DNA of 50,228 nt, from assembly GCA_031291555.1 (NCBI GenBank), contig JARLIV010000133.1, positions 1-50,228 on the forward strand, in the 5' to 3' direction. Of this stretch, positions 19,924-30,293 are shown in pieces. This DNA is from Methylovirgula sp. Its GTDB lineage: Bacteria; Pseudomonadota; Alphaproteobacteria; Rhizobiales; Beijerinckiaceae. Numbering within the stretch: the first letter of the stretch is position 1; each line of letters starts with the position of its first letter. The notes under the pieces were generated by a model. That model ran no database searches, was not told the DNA's origin, and saw only the letters and a program-made list of their open reading frames with translations. Both the position numbers and the translations under genes were made by a program.

Positions 19924-22900
19924 CTATGCCGCCTTCTTCGCCGCCATGGCGGCGAGCGCGCGCAGAATAGTCCGCGTGCCGTCGAGCCGCTCGGCCGGCT
20001 GCTCGAAATCGCGGATGAAGACGACGCGCATGTCGGGCCGCACTTTGGCCTGCGGCCCCTGCTCCGCGACATAACGCACGAGGCCCTGCGGATTGGCGAA
20101 GGAATTGTCGCGGAAAGTGAGCGTGACACCCTTCGGCCCCGCCTCGACCTTCTCGACATTGGCCTTGCAGCAAAGCGCCTTGATAGCAACGAGCGCGAGC
20201 AATTGCGCAACCTCGCGCGGCAACGGGCCGAAGCGGTCGATCATCTCGGCCGCCATGGCCTCGATCTCGGCATCGGTTTCGAGCGTCGAGAGGCGGCGAT
20301 AGAGGCCGAGGCGCAGATCGACATCTGCGACATAATCCTCTGGGATCGTCACCGGCGTGCCGAGCGTGATGGCCGGCGACCAATGCTCTTCCGCCGGCTC
20401 CTCGATGCCCGCTTTCAGCGCCAGCACCGCCTCTTCCAGCATCTGCTGATAGAGTTCGTAGCCGACTTCCTTGATATGACCGGACTGATCCTCGCCGAGG
20501 AGATTGCCGGCGCCGCGCAAATCGAGATCGTGGGTCGCGAGCTGGAAGCCGGCGCCGAGCGTATCGAGCGATTGCAGGACGGTAAGCCGCTTTTCGGCCT
20601 GCGGCGTCAGCTTCTTGTTGAGCGGCGTCGTGAAATAGGCATAGGCCCGCGTCTTCGAGCGCCCGACGCGGCCGCGCAATTGATAGAGCTGCGCCAAGCC
20701 GAACATATCGGCGCGATGAACGATGAGCGTATTGGCGCGCGGAATGTCGAGGCCGGATTCGACGATCGCCGTCGAGAGCAGGATGTCATATTTGCCGTCA
20801 TAGAAAGCGGCCATGCGCGCCTCGAGTTCCGAGGCAGGAAGCTGGCCGTTGGCGATGACATATTTCGCTTCCGGCACGTTCTGGCGCAGGAACGTGCCCG
20901 CGTCCTCGATATCCTCGATGCGCGGACAGACGTAGAAGCTCTGGCCGCCGCGATAGCGCTCACGCAGCAGCGCTTCGCGCACCAGCAGCGGATCGAACGG
21001 GCCAACCGAGGTGCGGACGGCCAGCCGGTCGACCGGCGGCGTCGCGATGATCGAGAGTTCGCGCACGCCGGTGAGCGCAAGTTGCAGCGTGCGGGGGATC
21101 GGCGTCGCCGAAAGCGTCAGCACATGCACTTCGGCGCGCAGCTCTTTCAGCCGCTCCTTGTGCTTGACGCCGAAATGCTGCTCCTCGTCGATGATAACAA
21201 GGCCGAGGTCCTTGAAGGCAATCTGCTTGCCGAGCAGCGCGTGCGTGCCGACGACAATATCGACCTCGCCCGTGGCAAGCCCCGCTTTCGCGGCCCTGGT
21301 CTCCGCCGCTCCGACCATGCGCGAGAGCTGCGCGACCTTGACCGGCAGACCGGCGAAGCGCGCGGCGAAATTCTTGGCGTGCTGGCGCGCCAGCAGAGTC
21401 GTCGGCACGACGACCGCCACCTGCTTGCCGTTGATCGCGGCGACGAAGGCGGCGCGCAGCGCGACTTCTGTTTTGCCGAAGCCGACATCGCCGCAGACGA
21501 GCCGGTCCATCGGCCGGCCGGAGGCGAGATCGTCGAGCACGGTCTCGATCGCCGCGGCCTGATCCTCCGTCTCGTCATAGGGAAAGCCGGTGCAGAAGGC
21601 CTCGTAAAGCGGCTCCGGTGGCACGAGCTTCGGCGCCGCGCGGGTCTCCCGGGCCGCGGCGATGCGCAGAAGGCCCGCCGCCATTTCGAGGATGCGCTTG
21701 CGCATCCGCGCCTTGCGCTTTTGCCAGCCGGCCCCACCGAGTTTGTCGAGTTCGACGTCGGCATCTTCCGAGCCATAGCGCGAAAGAAGCTCGATATTCT
21801 CGACGGGCAAGAAGAGTTTGTCGCCGCCGGCATAATGGATTTCGAGGCAGTCGTGCGGCGCCCCCGCGGCCTCGACCGGCGTGAGGCCATAAAAACGGCC
21901 GACACCGTGATCGACATGGACGACGAGATCGCCAGCCGTGAGCGCCGCCACTTCGGCGATGAAATCCTGCGCGCGGCGGACCTTCTTGCGGCCGTGAATC
22001 AGACGATCGCCGAGAATATCTTGCTCGCCGACCACCGCGAGAGCCGGCGCCTCGAAGCCGGTCTCGATCCCGATGACGGCAAGCGCCACGGCGGATTTCG
22101 GCAGCCGCAAAGCCTCGCTGAAGGAGGAAACCGGCTCCAATGCGTGAAGGCCGAAATCCTTCAGCACATGGCCGAGACGCTCACGCGAGCCTTCAGACCA
22201 GCCGGCAACGACGACGCGCTTGCCGTGCGCCTGCAACGCCTGGACATGCTCCGCCGCGGCGCGGAAGACATTGGCGCCCTCGTCGGCGCGTTCGGCCGCG
22301 AAATTGCGGCCGAGCTTGCCGGCGCAGTCGATAACCAAGGTCTTGCCGCCTTCCGGCGGTGAAAAGGGCGTAACGCGCGCCACGCCTTGCGCCGTGAGCG
22401 CCTTGTTCCATTCCTCCGCCGGCAGATAGAGCGTATCGGGCGGCAGCGGCTTATAAAGCGAATTGGCGGGATCGGAATCGTATGCGCTTTTGCGCGCCTC
22501 GTAATAATCGCGGATTTGCGCGAAGCGTTCGCCGGCGGCTTCCTCCGTCAGCGGGTCGAGAACCAGCGGCGCACCGCCAGTATAATCGAACAAGGTGTCG
22601 AGCCCGTCGTAGAACAATGGCAGCCAATGTTCGAGGCCGGGATGGCGGCGGCCCTCGCTCACCGCCTCGTAGAGCGTGTCGCCGCGCAATCCCCCGCCGA
22701 ATTCCGCGACATAGCCCTGGCGGAACCGGCGCATGGCATCGGAGGTCAATTGCACCTCGCTCATCGGCACGAGGTCGATGCCACGCAGCATCGCGACGGT
22801 GCGCTGGGTTTCGGGATCGAAGGTGCGGATCGATTCCAGCGTATCGCCAAAGAAATCGAGCCGGATCGGCTCGAGCATCGACGGGGCGAAAAGATCGAGA

Positions 22901-23442
22901 ATGCCGCCCCGCACCGCATATTCGCCCGTGTCGCGCACGGCGGAGGCGCGGGCGAAGCCATTGTTCTCGAGCCATTGCGTCAGGCTCGTCATATTGACGG
23001 CATTGCCCGGCGCGGCGGAGAAGGAATCGGCCGCGACTTTTTCCAGCGGCGGCACCCTCTGCAGGACGGCATTGATCGTCGTCGAGAGGATGCGCGGGCG
23101 CTCGGCCGCGGTGCGCGAGCGCGCCAGGCGCGACAGCACCGTCATCCGCCGCGCGGCAATGGCGGCATTGGGCGAGGCGCGATCATAGGGCTGGCAGTCC
23201 CAGCCGGGGAAATCGAGCACTTCGATCTCCGGCGCGGCGAAGGCGAGCGCTTCGTTGAAGGCGCGGGCGCGCTGCTCGTCGCGGGCGACATGGACGAGCA
23301 CCACCGCGCGATCCTCCGCCGCCGGGGCCAGCGCCCGGGTGAGGTCGGCGATGCAAAAGGCATCGAACCCGTCCGGCAGGGAGGCCAGGACGAGGGCGTG
23401 GTTTTTGGCAAGTTCGACGGTCGCGCGTTTGAGGTCTGTCAC
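19924..23442 (-). CDS. mfd: Transcription-repair coupling factor
   Basis: CarD-like GDLVVHVDHGVG, MDRLVCGDVGFGKTEVA, DEEQHFGV, QLRGRVGRS and C-terminal TRCF domain. Confidence 0.98.
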   Translation of the reverse strand: MTDLKRATVELAKNHALVLASLPDGFDAFCIADLTRALAPAAEDRAVVLVHVARDEQRARAFNEALAFAAPEIEVLDFPGWDCQPYDRASPNAAIAARRMTVLSRLARSRTAAERPRILSTTINAVLQRVPPLEKVAADSFSAAPGNAVNMTSLTQWLENNGFARASAVRDTGEYAVRGGILDLFAPSMLEPIRLDFFGDTLESIRTFDPETQRTVAMLRGIDLVPMSEVQLTSDAMRRFRQGYVAEFGGGLRGDTLYEAVSEGRRHPGLEHWLPLFYDGLDTLFDYTGGAPLVLDPLTEEAAGERFAQIRDYYEARKSAYDSDPANSLYKPLPPDTLYLPAEEWNKALTAQGVARVTPFSPPEGGKTLVIDCAGKLGRNFAAERADEGANVFRAAAEHVQALQAHGKRVVVAGWSEGSRERLGHVLKDFGLHALEPVSSFSEALRLPKSAVALAVIGIETGFEAPALAVVGEQDILGDRLIHGRKKVRRAQDFIAEVAALTAGDLVVHVDHGVGRFYGLTPVEAAGAPHDCLEIHYAGGDKLFLPVENIELLSRYGSEDADVELDKLGGAGWQKRKARMRKRILEMAAGLLRIAAARETRAAPKLVPPEPLYEAFCTGFPYDETEDQAAAIETVLDDLASGRPMDRLVCGDVGFGKTEVALRAAFVAAINGKQVAVVVPTTLLARQHAKNFAARFAGLPVKVAQLSRMVGAAETRAAKAGLATGEVDIVVGTHALLGKQIAFKDLGLVIIDEEQHFGVKHKERLKELRAEVHVLTLSATPIPRTLQLALTGVRELSIIATPPVDRLAVRTSVGPFDPLLVREALLRERYRGGQSFYVCPRIEDIEDAGTFLRQNVPEAKYVIANGQLPASELEARMAAFYDGKYDILLSTAIVESGLDIPRANTLIVHRADMFGLAQLYQLRGRVGRSKTRAYAYFTTPLNKKLTPQAEKRLTVLQSLDTLGAGFQLATHDLDLRGAGNLLGEDQSGHIKEVGYELYQQMLEEAVLALKAGIEEPAEEHWSPAITLGTPVTIPEDYVADVDLRLGLYRRLSTLETDAEIEAMAAEMIDRFGPLPREVAQLLALVAIKALCCKANVEKVEAGPKGVTLTFRDNSFANPQGLVRYVAEQGPQAKVRPDMRVVFIRDFEQPAERLDGTRTILRALAAMAAKKAA

Positions 23443-23485
23443 GGTTCAATCTTCGGAATAGGGGCGCCGAGGCTCAGATCAAGAC

Positions 23486-23764
23486 TCAGATATGGATCGG
23501 CCCGGCATGGGTGTGGAACCGGCGCAACTTTTCCAACACCGGCGTGTCGTAGGTCGACGGGATTTCGGCCTCGCCCGTCAGCCAGGTGAGGATGTCTCGG
23601 TCCTGCGCCTCGAGAAGCAGCTCGTAGTCGGCGAGGTCCGCCTCGCTCAGATTGGCGATCTCGGCATCGGCGAACGGGCCCATGAGGAGGTCCGTTTCGC
23701 GCATGCCGCGATGCCAGGAGCGGAACAGAGCCCGCCTGCGGCGCGGGTCGGAAAGCTGCGTCAT
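23486..23764 (-). CDS. sdhE: Succinate dehydrogenase flavinylation factor
   Basis: RRRALFRSWHRGMRETDLL (RGxxE motif); ATG at 23764 follows GGAG. Confidence 0.9.
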   Translation of the reverse strand: MTQLSDPRRRRALFRSWHRGMRETDLLMGPFADAEIANLSEADLADYELLLEAQDRDILTWLTGEAEIPSTYDTPVLEKLRRFHTHAGPIHI

Positions 23765-23805
23765 GGGTCTCCACCGATCGGGAACAAGCCCGCTTCGTAT
23801 CGCCT

Positions 23806-23921
23806 TAGCGCGCTCTCCGGCCAGATGGAAAATCATCCGGCCGATAAGAAATCGCGCCAAATCAAAATATTGGAGCGTGTTCTGAGTGGAAAAGTCATTC
23901 AACTTTTCCGGAACGCACTCT
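23806..23921. repeat. Full bipartite RIME/Bru-RS-like element
   Basis: Two stem-loops (CGGCC-agatggaaaatcatcc-GGCCG and GGAAAAGT-cattca-ACTTTTCC) joined by an A-rich linker. The right half is nearly identical to the reverse complement of 43771-43819. Confidence 0.8.
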
Positions 23922-23976
23922 TGCGGCCGGGGCGCCGCCGCCTTTGATCGGCACGCTGCGCGGGCTATAAGAAGCT

Positions 23977-24525
23977 ATGCCAAAGGCTCCGCCCTCGCGC
24001 GCCCGCTCCTCCCGTGCCGCTTCGTCCCGCGGGCCTTGGTCGCGCCCGCTGGCCGACCTTGTCGACGCCGCTATCGACCCCGTGATCGCTCGTCAAGGAT
24101 TCGGCGAGTCGCAGATCGTGCTCTATTGGGAAGATATTGTCGGCGAACGGCTTGCCGCAATGTCGGAGCCGTTGGCGCTCAAATGGCCGCCGCGCGGCAA
24201 GGCGTCAAGAGAACATGCGCCGGCGACCCTCGTTGTCCGGGTCGAGAGCGGCTTCGCGCTAGAATTGCAGCATCTTGCCGGAGTTGTGATCGAGCGGGTC
24301 AATGTGCATCTCGGCTTTGCCTGCATCGACCGGATCGCGCTGCGGCAGGGGCCGCTCTTGCGCAAAAACGCCCGCAAGACCCGCCCCGCGCCACCCTCGG
24401 AGGCGCAGATCGCCGCGGCGGCGGCGATCGTCGGCGACATCGCCGAAGCGCCACTGCGACAGGCGCTGACGCGACTCGGCGCGCGCATTATCGAACATTC
24501 ACTTGACCGCAAGCCCGCGCCATGA
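23977..24525 (+). CDS. dciA: DUF721/DciA family helicase loader
   Basis: WEDIVG, ATLVVRVE, ALELQH...IERVN..LG...I.RI.LRQGP. Confidence 0.8.
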   Translation: MPKAPPSRARSSRAASSRGPWSRPLADLVDAAIDPVIARQGFGESQIVLYWEDIVGERLAAMSEPLALKWPPRGKASREHAPATLVVRVESGFALELQHLAGVVIERVNVHLGFACIDRIALRQGPLLRKNARKTRPAPPSEAQIAAAAAIVGDIAEAPLRQALTRLGARIIEHSLDRKPAP

Positions 24526-24592
24526 TCGGAAATCCGTCCTAATCATCGCCGGGTTCCCCGCCACATCGCTCAAACTCTTCGCAGGATTGCTC

Positions 24593-25273
24593 ATGCCTCA
24601 CTGGCCTCACTGTCAACGGCGTTCGGCTTTGAAATTGCTCGGGATCGCGGCGAGCCTGGCCATGAGCGGATGGCTCGCGGCAGGGCTCTCGCCTGCGGCG
24701 GCGGACGATAAGGTCACCATCCCGCTCGAGAAACTCTATGCGCCGCAGGCGCTGCCGGATATCGTCCAAGGCAAGGCCGACGCGCCCATCACGATCGTCG
24801 AATATGCGTCGATGACCTGCCCGCATTGCGCCCGCTTCCATTCCGAGACTTACCCGGCTTTGCTCAGCAAATATATCGACACCGGCAAGGCGCGCTTCAT
24901 CCTGCGCGAATTCCCGCTCGACCCGCGGGCGGCGGCCGCCTTTATGCTGGCGCGCTGCGCCGGCGACGGCGACAAGCGCACGGGCGTCGTCGATCTCCTC
25001 TTCAATTCGCAGATGACCTGGGCTGAATCTGATAAGCCGCTTGATACCCTCGCCGATTTGATGCGCCAGACGGGGATGAGCGCAAAGGACTTTGATGCCT
25101 GCCTCAACAATCAGAAGCTCTACAGTGACGTCATCAAGGAACGCGATGACGCCGGCAAGGATTTTGGCATCGACGCGACGCCGACCTTCTTCATCAACGG
25201 GGTGAAATATAGCGGTGAGCTGTCGATCGACGCCTTGAGCAAAATCATCGATCCGCTGATCGCGAAGAAGTAA
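24593..25273 (+). CDS. Periplasmic DsbA/thioredoxin-like oxidoreductase
   Basis: RRSALK Tat-like leader; EYASMTCPHCA, REFPLD and ATPTFFING. Confidence 0.9.
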   Translation: MPHWPHCQRRSALKLLGIAASLAMSGWLAAGLSPAAADDKVTIPLEKLYAPQALPDIVQGKADAPITIVEYASMTCPHCARFHSETYPALLSKYIDTGKARFILREFPLDPRAAAAFMLARCAGDGDKRTGVVDLLFNSQMTWAESDKPLDTLADLMRQTGMSAKDFDACLNNQKLYSDVIKERDDAGKDFGIDATPTFFINGVKYSGELSIDALSKIIDPLIAKK

Positions 25274-25325
25274 ACTGCGTTGAAGGTTGGACGAGCGGGG
25301 CCTGACCGGAGCGGAGGAGACCGCC

Positions 25326-25736
25326 ATGAACCTGTTGCAGTTTCTTTTGAATATCCTGTGGATCGCGATCGGCGGCATCTGGATGTCGGTCGCCTGGGTG
25401 ATTGCCGGCCTCATCATGGCGCTGACGATCATCGGCCTGCCCTGGGCGCCGGCGGCCTTCCGCATCGCGGCCTATACTTTGCTGCCCTTCGGCAGCCGCG
25501 CCGTGTCCCGGGCGGAATTCACGGGGCGCGAGGATGTCGGTACCGGGCCGCTGGGCCTCATCGGCAATATCCTGTGGCTGGTCCTCGCCGGCTGGTGGCT
25601 GGCGCTGGGGCATGTCCTCACCGCCGCGATCTGGGCGGTCACGATCATCGGCCTGCCCTTCGCCTGGGCGCATTTAAAGCTCGCCGGCCTCGCGCTGTGG
25701 CCGATCGGGAAAGTCATCATCCCGGCCAACGCGTAA
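25326..25736 (+). CDS. yccF: YccF domain inner-membrane protein
   Basis: Duplicated NILW..GG/AGW...TIIGLP(W/F)A...PFG/PIG units. Confidence 0.9.
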   Translation: MNLLQFLLNILWIAIGGIWMSVAWVIAGLIMALTIIGLPWAPAAFRIAAYTLLPFGSRAVSRAEFTGREDVGTGPLGLIGNILWLVLAGWWLALGHVLTAAIWAVTIIGLPFAWAHLKLAGLALWPIGKVIIPANA

Positions 25737-25918
25737 AGTATCGGCCTCGAAGGCGGGACCGGTTCGGGGAAGCGCCGTTGCGCACAGAAAATATGGCCCG
25801 TCGCCTTGCGCTCGGGCACGCCCTCCCGTCGTAATCGCGGCGGCAAACTATGATTCCGGTTATGATCGAATATGAATAGGCACTTGAAAAAGCAAAGGTT
25901 TAGCATCCGGACCCGGCG

Positions 25919-28900
25919 ATGAAATTTAAGCAGCTCCATATCGCCGGTTTCAAAACCTTCGTCGAACCGACCGACTTCCTGATCGAGCCGGGCCTTACCG
26001 GCATTGTCGGGCCGAACGGCTGCGGCAAATCCAATCTCGTTGACGCCCTGCGCTGGGTGATGGGCGAAAGCTCGTCGAAGAACATGCGCGGCACCGAGAT
26101 GGACGACGTGATCTTCTCGGGCAGCGGCGACCGGCCGGGCCGCAATATGGCGGAAGTCCGCCTGACGCTCGACAACACCACCCGCACGGCGCCGGCCGCT
26201 TTCAACGACAGCGATGTGATCGAGGTCGCCCGGCGCATCGAGCGCGACGCCGGCTCGAATTTCCGTGTCAACGGCCACGAGGTGCGCGCCCGCGATGTGC
26301 AACTCCTCTTCGCCGATGCCTCGACCGGCTCGCGCTCGCCGGCCATGGTGCGGCAGGGGCAAATCGGCGAGATCATCAACGTCAAGCCGCAGCAGCGCCG
26401 CCGCATTCTCGAAGAAGCTGCCGGCATCGCCGGGCTTTATTCGCGCCGGCACGAGGCGGAGCTGCGGCTGAAGGCGGCGGAGGAGAATCTCGTCCGCCTC
26501 GAAGATGTGGTGAAGCAGATCGAGGCGCAGATCGACGCCTTGAAGCGTCAGGCGCGTCAGGCCACCCGCTATCGCAATATCGCCTCGGATATCAAGCGCC
26601 ACGAGGCGCTGCTCGCGCTCGTCAATTTCCGCGAGGCCAATGCGCAGGTCGCCGCCGCGGAAGCGAAAGCCGAAGCCGACCTCAAGCTTGTCGCTGATAC
26701 GACCTTGCACCAGGCCGAGACGGCGCGCCTGCAGGCTGTCGCGGCGCATGAATTGCCGCCGCTGCGCGAGGCGGAAGCCACCGCCGGCAGCGAATTGCAG
26801 AAACTGCTCTTGGCGCGCGAGACACTCGACGGCGAAGAGCGCCGCGCCAAGGCCCGCCTTGCCGAGATCGAGCGACGCATCACCCAGATGAACGCGGACC
26901 TCACCCGCGAACAGGCTTTGATCGAGGACGCGGCCTCCGTGCTCGCGCGGCTGGATAATGAGGCGGCGGAACTTGCCGCCTTCGGCAGCGGCGATCAGCA
27001 GGCCGAGGCCGAAGCGCGCGAGAAACTCTCTCAGGCCGAGGCGGCGCTGGCGACTTCAGAAGCCGCGCTCAACGCGGCGCAAAGCGTCTTCTCCAATGCC
27101 GAGGCGCAGCGCAATGCGCTCAACAAGAGCCTCGACGACGAGACGCAAAGGCTTGCGCAATTTGAAGCCGAACTCGCCAAGGTGAGCGAGGAACTCGCCC
27201 GGCTGCGCAACGAGATCGAAGCCGCGAGCGGCGACGAAGGATTGGCTGGCGCGTTCGAAGCCGCGCGGGCCGCCGCCGGAGAGGCCGAAAGGCAAATGTT
27301 GGCCGCCGAGGCCGCCCATGTTGACGCCCGGCGTCTCGAAGCTGAAACGCGCGCGCCGCTGCAGGAGGCCGAGCGCAAGGCGCAAAGCCTTGCGACGGAG
27401 GCGCAGACTGTCGCCAAGCTGCTCACCGCCTCGGGCCCGAGCCGCTGGCCCGCCGTCGTCGAAGAGATCAGCGTCGCCAAGGGCTATGAGGCCGCGATCG
27501 GCGCGGCGCTGGGTGATGATCTTGACGCCTCGACCGATGCGGAAGCGCCGGCGCATTGGGATGTGCTCTCGGCCGAAGGCGACCCTGCCCTGCCCGCAGA
27601 TGTCGTCCCGCTCGCGCAGCATGTCACCGCGCCGCCCGCCCTCGCCCGCCGCCTCGCCCAGATCGGCGTCGTCGCGCGCGACGCGGGCAAGGCCCTGCAA
27701 GCGCATTTGCGGCCGGGCCAAAGGCTTGTCTCTCTCGAGGGCGACCTCTGGCGCTGGGACGGACTCTGCCTTGCTGCCGAGGCGCCGACGCCCGCGGCAC
27801 GCCGCCTCGCAGAAAAGAACCGGCTCGGCGATCTCACCCGCGAGGCCGAGTTCGCCCGCCAGGCCGCCGACGAAGTGAAAGCCAAAGCCGAGGCGGCGCA
27901 GGCGGAGCTGCGCGCCAAGGCCGATGCCGAGGCGAAAGCCCGCCAGGCACATCGCGAAGCCTTGCGCGCCGTCGAAGGCGCGCGTGAAGCCGCCGCCGAG
28001 GCCGAGCGGAAAAAAGCCCAGGTTGCGGCGCGGCTCTCCGCCCGCGAGGAAGCCGCGCAGCGTCTCACCACGAGCCGCGACGAAGCTGGCGCCAATCGGG
28101 CCAAGGCCGAGGCCGCGCTGGCCGAACTCGCCGCAACGCCCGAGCTTGCCATGGCGCTCGAAGCCGCGCGGGCCAAGGCGGCGCAAGACCGCACCGCCAC
28201 CGCCGAAGCGCGCGCGCATTTGCAGGCGCTGGTGCATGAGGCGCAGGCGCGGGCCAAACGGCTGGCCGCCATCGGCGAGGAGCGCGGCTCTTGGCAGACA
28301 CGGCGCGAGCGCGCCCTCGCGCAGATCGGCGAATTCGAGTCACGCCTCAAGGAGGCCGGCGCGGAGCGGGAAAAGCTCGCCGAGGCGCCCGATGAATTTC
28401 TGCGCCTGCGCCGCAATTTGATGGACCAGATCGAGGCGGCGGAAAATGCGCGCCGCACCGCCTCCGACGCGCGCGCGGCAACGGAAGAACGTCTCGCCAA
28501 GGCCGACCGCGAGGCGCGCAAGGCGCTCGAGGCGATGAGCGCCGCGCGCGAGGAAAAGGCGCGCAGCGAAGCACGGCTCGAAGCCGCGCGGGAACGTTTC
28601 GCGACCATCTCGCATCACATCGCGACGGAATTGCAATGCGAGCCCTCCGGCCTCGCCGCGCTTGCCAAAGTCGGTCGCGACGACGAACTGCCGGAGGCGG
28701 TGAGCGTCGAGTCGAAGCTCGAAAACCTCAAGGCCGAACGCGAGCGGCTCGGCAATGTCAACCTGCGCGCCGATGAGGAGCTGACCGAGGCGGAGGCCCG
28801 CCGCACCAGCCTGACCAGCGAACGCGAGGATTTGACCGAAGCGATCCGCCGCCTGCGCCAAGCGATTCAGAGCCTCAACAAGGAAGGCCGCGAGCGTCTG

Positions 28901-29374
28901 CTCGACGCCTTCGACGCGGTAAACGCGCATTTCAAGGATCTCTATACGACGCTCTTCGGCGGCGGCACGGCGGAACTGAAGCTCGTCGAATCCGAGGATC
29001 CGCTCGAAGCGGGCCTCGAAATCCTCGCCCAACCGCCGGGCAAGAAGATGCAGGTGCTCTCGCTGCTCTCCGGCGGCGAGCAGGCGTTGACCGCTATGTC
29101 GCTGATCTTCGCCGTGTTCCTCACCAATCCATCGCCGATCTGCGTGCTGGACGAGGTCGATGCGCCGCTCGATGATGCCAATGTCGAGCGCTTCTGCGAT
29201 CTCCTGGAGCAGATGGTGAAGCGCACTGACACGCGCTTCGTCACCATCACGCATAATCCGATCACCATGGCGCGAATGGACAGGCTCTTCGGCGTGACCA
29301 TGGCCGAGCGCGGCGTCAGCCAAATGGTGTCGGTGGAACTCGCCGAGGTCGATCGCTTCCTCGAAGCGGTGTGA
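25919..29374 (+). CDS. smc: Chromosome partition protein Smc
   Basis: GFKTF, Walker A GPNGCGKSN, coiled coils with hinge, LSGGE and LDEVDAPLD. Confidence 0.98.
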   Translation: MKFKQLHIAGFKTFVEPTDFLIEPGLTGIVGPNGCGKSNLVDALRWVMGESSSKNMRGTEMDDVIFSGSGDRPGRNMAEVRLTLDNTTRTAPAAFNDSDVIEVARRIERDAGSNFRVNGHEVRARDVQLLFADASTGSRSPAMVRQGQIGEIINVKPQQRRRILEEAAGIAGLYSRRHEAELRLKAAEENLVRLEDVVKQIEAQIDALKRQARQATRYRNIASDIKRHEALLALVNFREANAQVAAAEAKAEADLKLVADTTLHQAETARLQAVAAHELPPLREAEATAGSELQKLLLARETLDGEERRAKARLAEIERRITQMNADLTREQALIEDAASVLARLDNEAAELAAFGSGDQQAEAEAREKLSQAEAALATSEAALNAAQSVFSNAEAQRNALNKSLDDETQRLAQFEAELAKVSEELARLRNEIEAASGDEGLAGAFEAARAAAGEAERQMLAAEAAHVDARRLEAETRAPLQEAERKAQSLATEAQTVAKLLTASGPSRWPAVVEEISVAKGYEAAIGAALGDDLDASTDAEAPAHWDVLSAEGDPALPADVVPLAQHVTAPPALARRLAQIGVVARDAGKALQAHLRPGQRLVSLEGDLWRWDGLCLAAEAPTPAARRLAEKNRLGDLTREAEFARQAADEVKAKAEAAQAELRAKADAEAKARQAHREALRAVEGAREAAAEAERKKAQVAARLSAREEAAQRLTTSRDEAGANRAKAEAALAELAATPELAMALEAARAKAAQDRTATAEARAHLQALVHEAQARAKRLAAIGEERGSWQTRRERALAQIGEFESRLKEAGAEREKLAEAPDEFLRLRRNLMDQIEAAENARRTASDARAATEERLAKADREARKALEAMSAAREEKARSEARLEAARERFATISHHIATELQCEPSGLAALAKVGRDDELPEAVSVESKLENLKAERERLGNVNLRADEELTEAEARRTSLTSEREDLTEAIRRLRQAIQSLNKEGRERLLDAFDAVNAHFKDLYTTLFGGGTAELKLVESEDPLEAGLEILAQPPGKKMQVLSLLSGGEQALTAMSLIFAVFLTNPSPICVLDEVDAPLDDANVERFCDLLEQMVKRTDTRFVTITHNPITMARMDRLFGVTMAERGVSQMVSVELAEVDRFLEAV

Positions 29375-29380
29375 GCACTA

Positions 29381-29542
29381 TTCCCTCTCCCCGCTTACGG
29401 GGAGAGGGTTAGGGTGAGGGGCCGAGGCATTCGGGCAAACGCCGAAATTCGCGATGCTGCGCGCTGGACCGCATTCGGGCTAATCGTCCAGCCCCTCACC
29501 CCAACCCTCTCCCCATTTCGCTACGCTCATGGGGAGAGGGAG
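29381..29542. repeat. Composite REP-like inverted-repeat element, copy 2 (inverted relative to copy 1)
   Basis: CCCTCTCCCC-gcttac-GGGGAGAGGGttagggtgaggggc ... gcccctcaccccaaCCCTCTCCCC-atttcgctacgctcat-GGGGAGAGGG; the spacer is also homologous to copy 1. Confidence 0.9.
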
Positions 29543-29550
29543 TATGACGC

Positions 29551-30090
29551 CTAATCGTCGAACACGCCTTCGAGCGCGTAATGGCTGATCGTTTTGCGAT
29601 TGGCGATCAATTGCTCGGCGGTCGGCTCGCCCTTGATGGCGCGCGAGATCGCGAGCTTCGTTGCCTCGTAATTGGTGCGATAGAGATCGCGGCGATCGAG
29701 ATTCTCGTCGGTCGCGCAGCGCGGATCGAGCCAGATCATGATGATCATGCAGAGAGTGTCGGCCCGGTCTTTCGGCAGGATTCCTTCGGCGAGGCAATCG
29801 ACGATGGCATCGCCCGTCGCGGCCTGGACGACGCCGCCCAGCAATTCGACATAGGCCTCAGAGCGCACCGTCATCTTGGTGGTCATCATCGTCGCCGGGC
29901 GAACCTGCTGGTTGAGATCGCGGATGACGAACATGCGCGGATGGCCCGCGACCTGCCCAGTCATCGCGGCGAAGGCATGGCCCACCGGCCCCCTGACGTC
30001 ACCGATCAACACCTCCGGCATGGCATCGGTGAATTGCCCCTCTGCCGCCAAAACGGTCGCTTCGCCAGTCCGCAGCCAAATCTCGCTCAT
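29551..30090 (-). CDS. fae: Formaldehyde-activating enzyme paralog (Fae2/Fae3-like)
   Basis: GEATV, LIGDVRGPVGHAFA, VRPATMM, VQAATGDAIVD and YRTNYEATKLAISRA..GEPT; ATG at 30090 follows GAGG. Confidence 0.85.
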   Translation of the reverse strand: MSEIWLRTGEATVLAAEGQFTDAMPEVLIGDVRGPVGHAFAAMTGQVAGHPRMFVIRDLNQQVRPATMMTTKMTVRSEAYVELLGGVVQAATGDAIVDCLAEGILPKDRADTLCMIIMIWLDPRCATDENLDRRDLYRTNYEATKLAISRAIKGEPTAEQLIANRKTISHYALEGVFDD

Positions 30091-30293
30091 CTCTGTCCTC
30101 TCGTGTTTTCGCGCCCGCATAACATCCGCGGCGATCCCGGGAAAGGCCGAAAACGCCCGGCCCGCGCGGCAGGATCAGCCTCACGTGGCGGCGCAATAAG
30201 CCGACAGAATCGGGATTTGCCACAACGCGGCCCCCGAGGCTAAGGTGCGCGGCCCAGTGGTCAGCGCCGCGGGAATAAATGGAGAAACGCCCA

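Noticed and set aside
12947-29542. Possible CRISPR array or IS ends from the palindromic repeats
   Set aside because: Copies are dispersed, not tandem with regular spacers; no cas or transposase gene is in the window.
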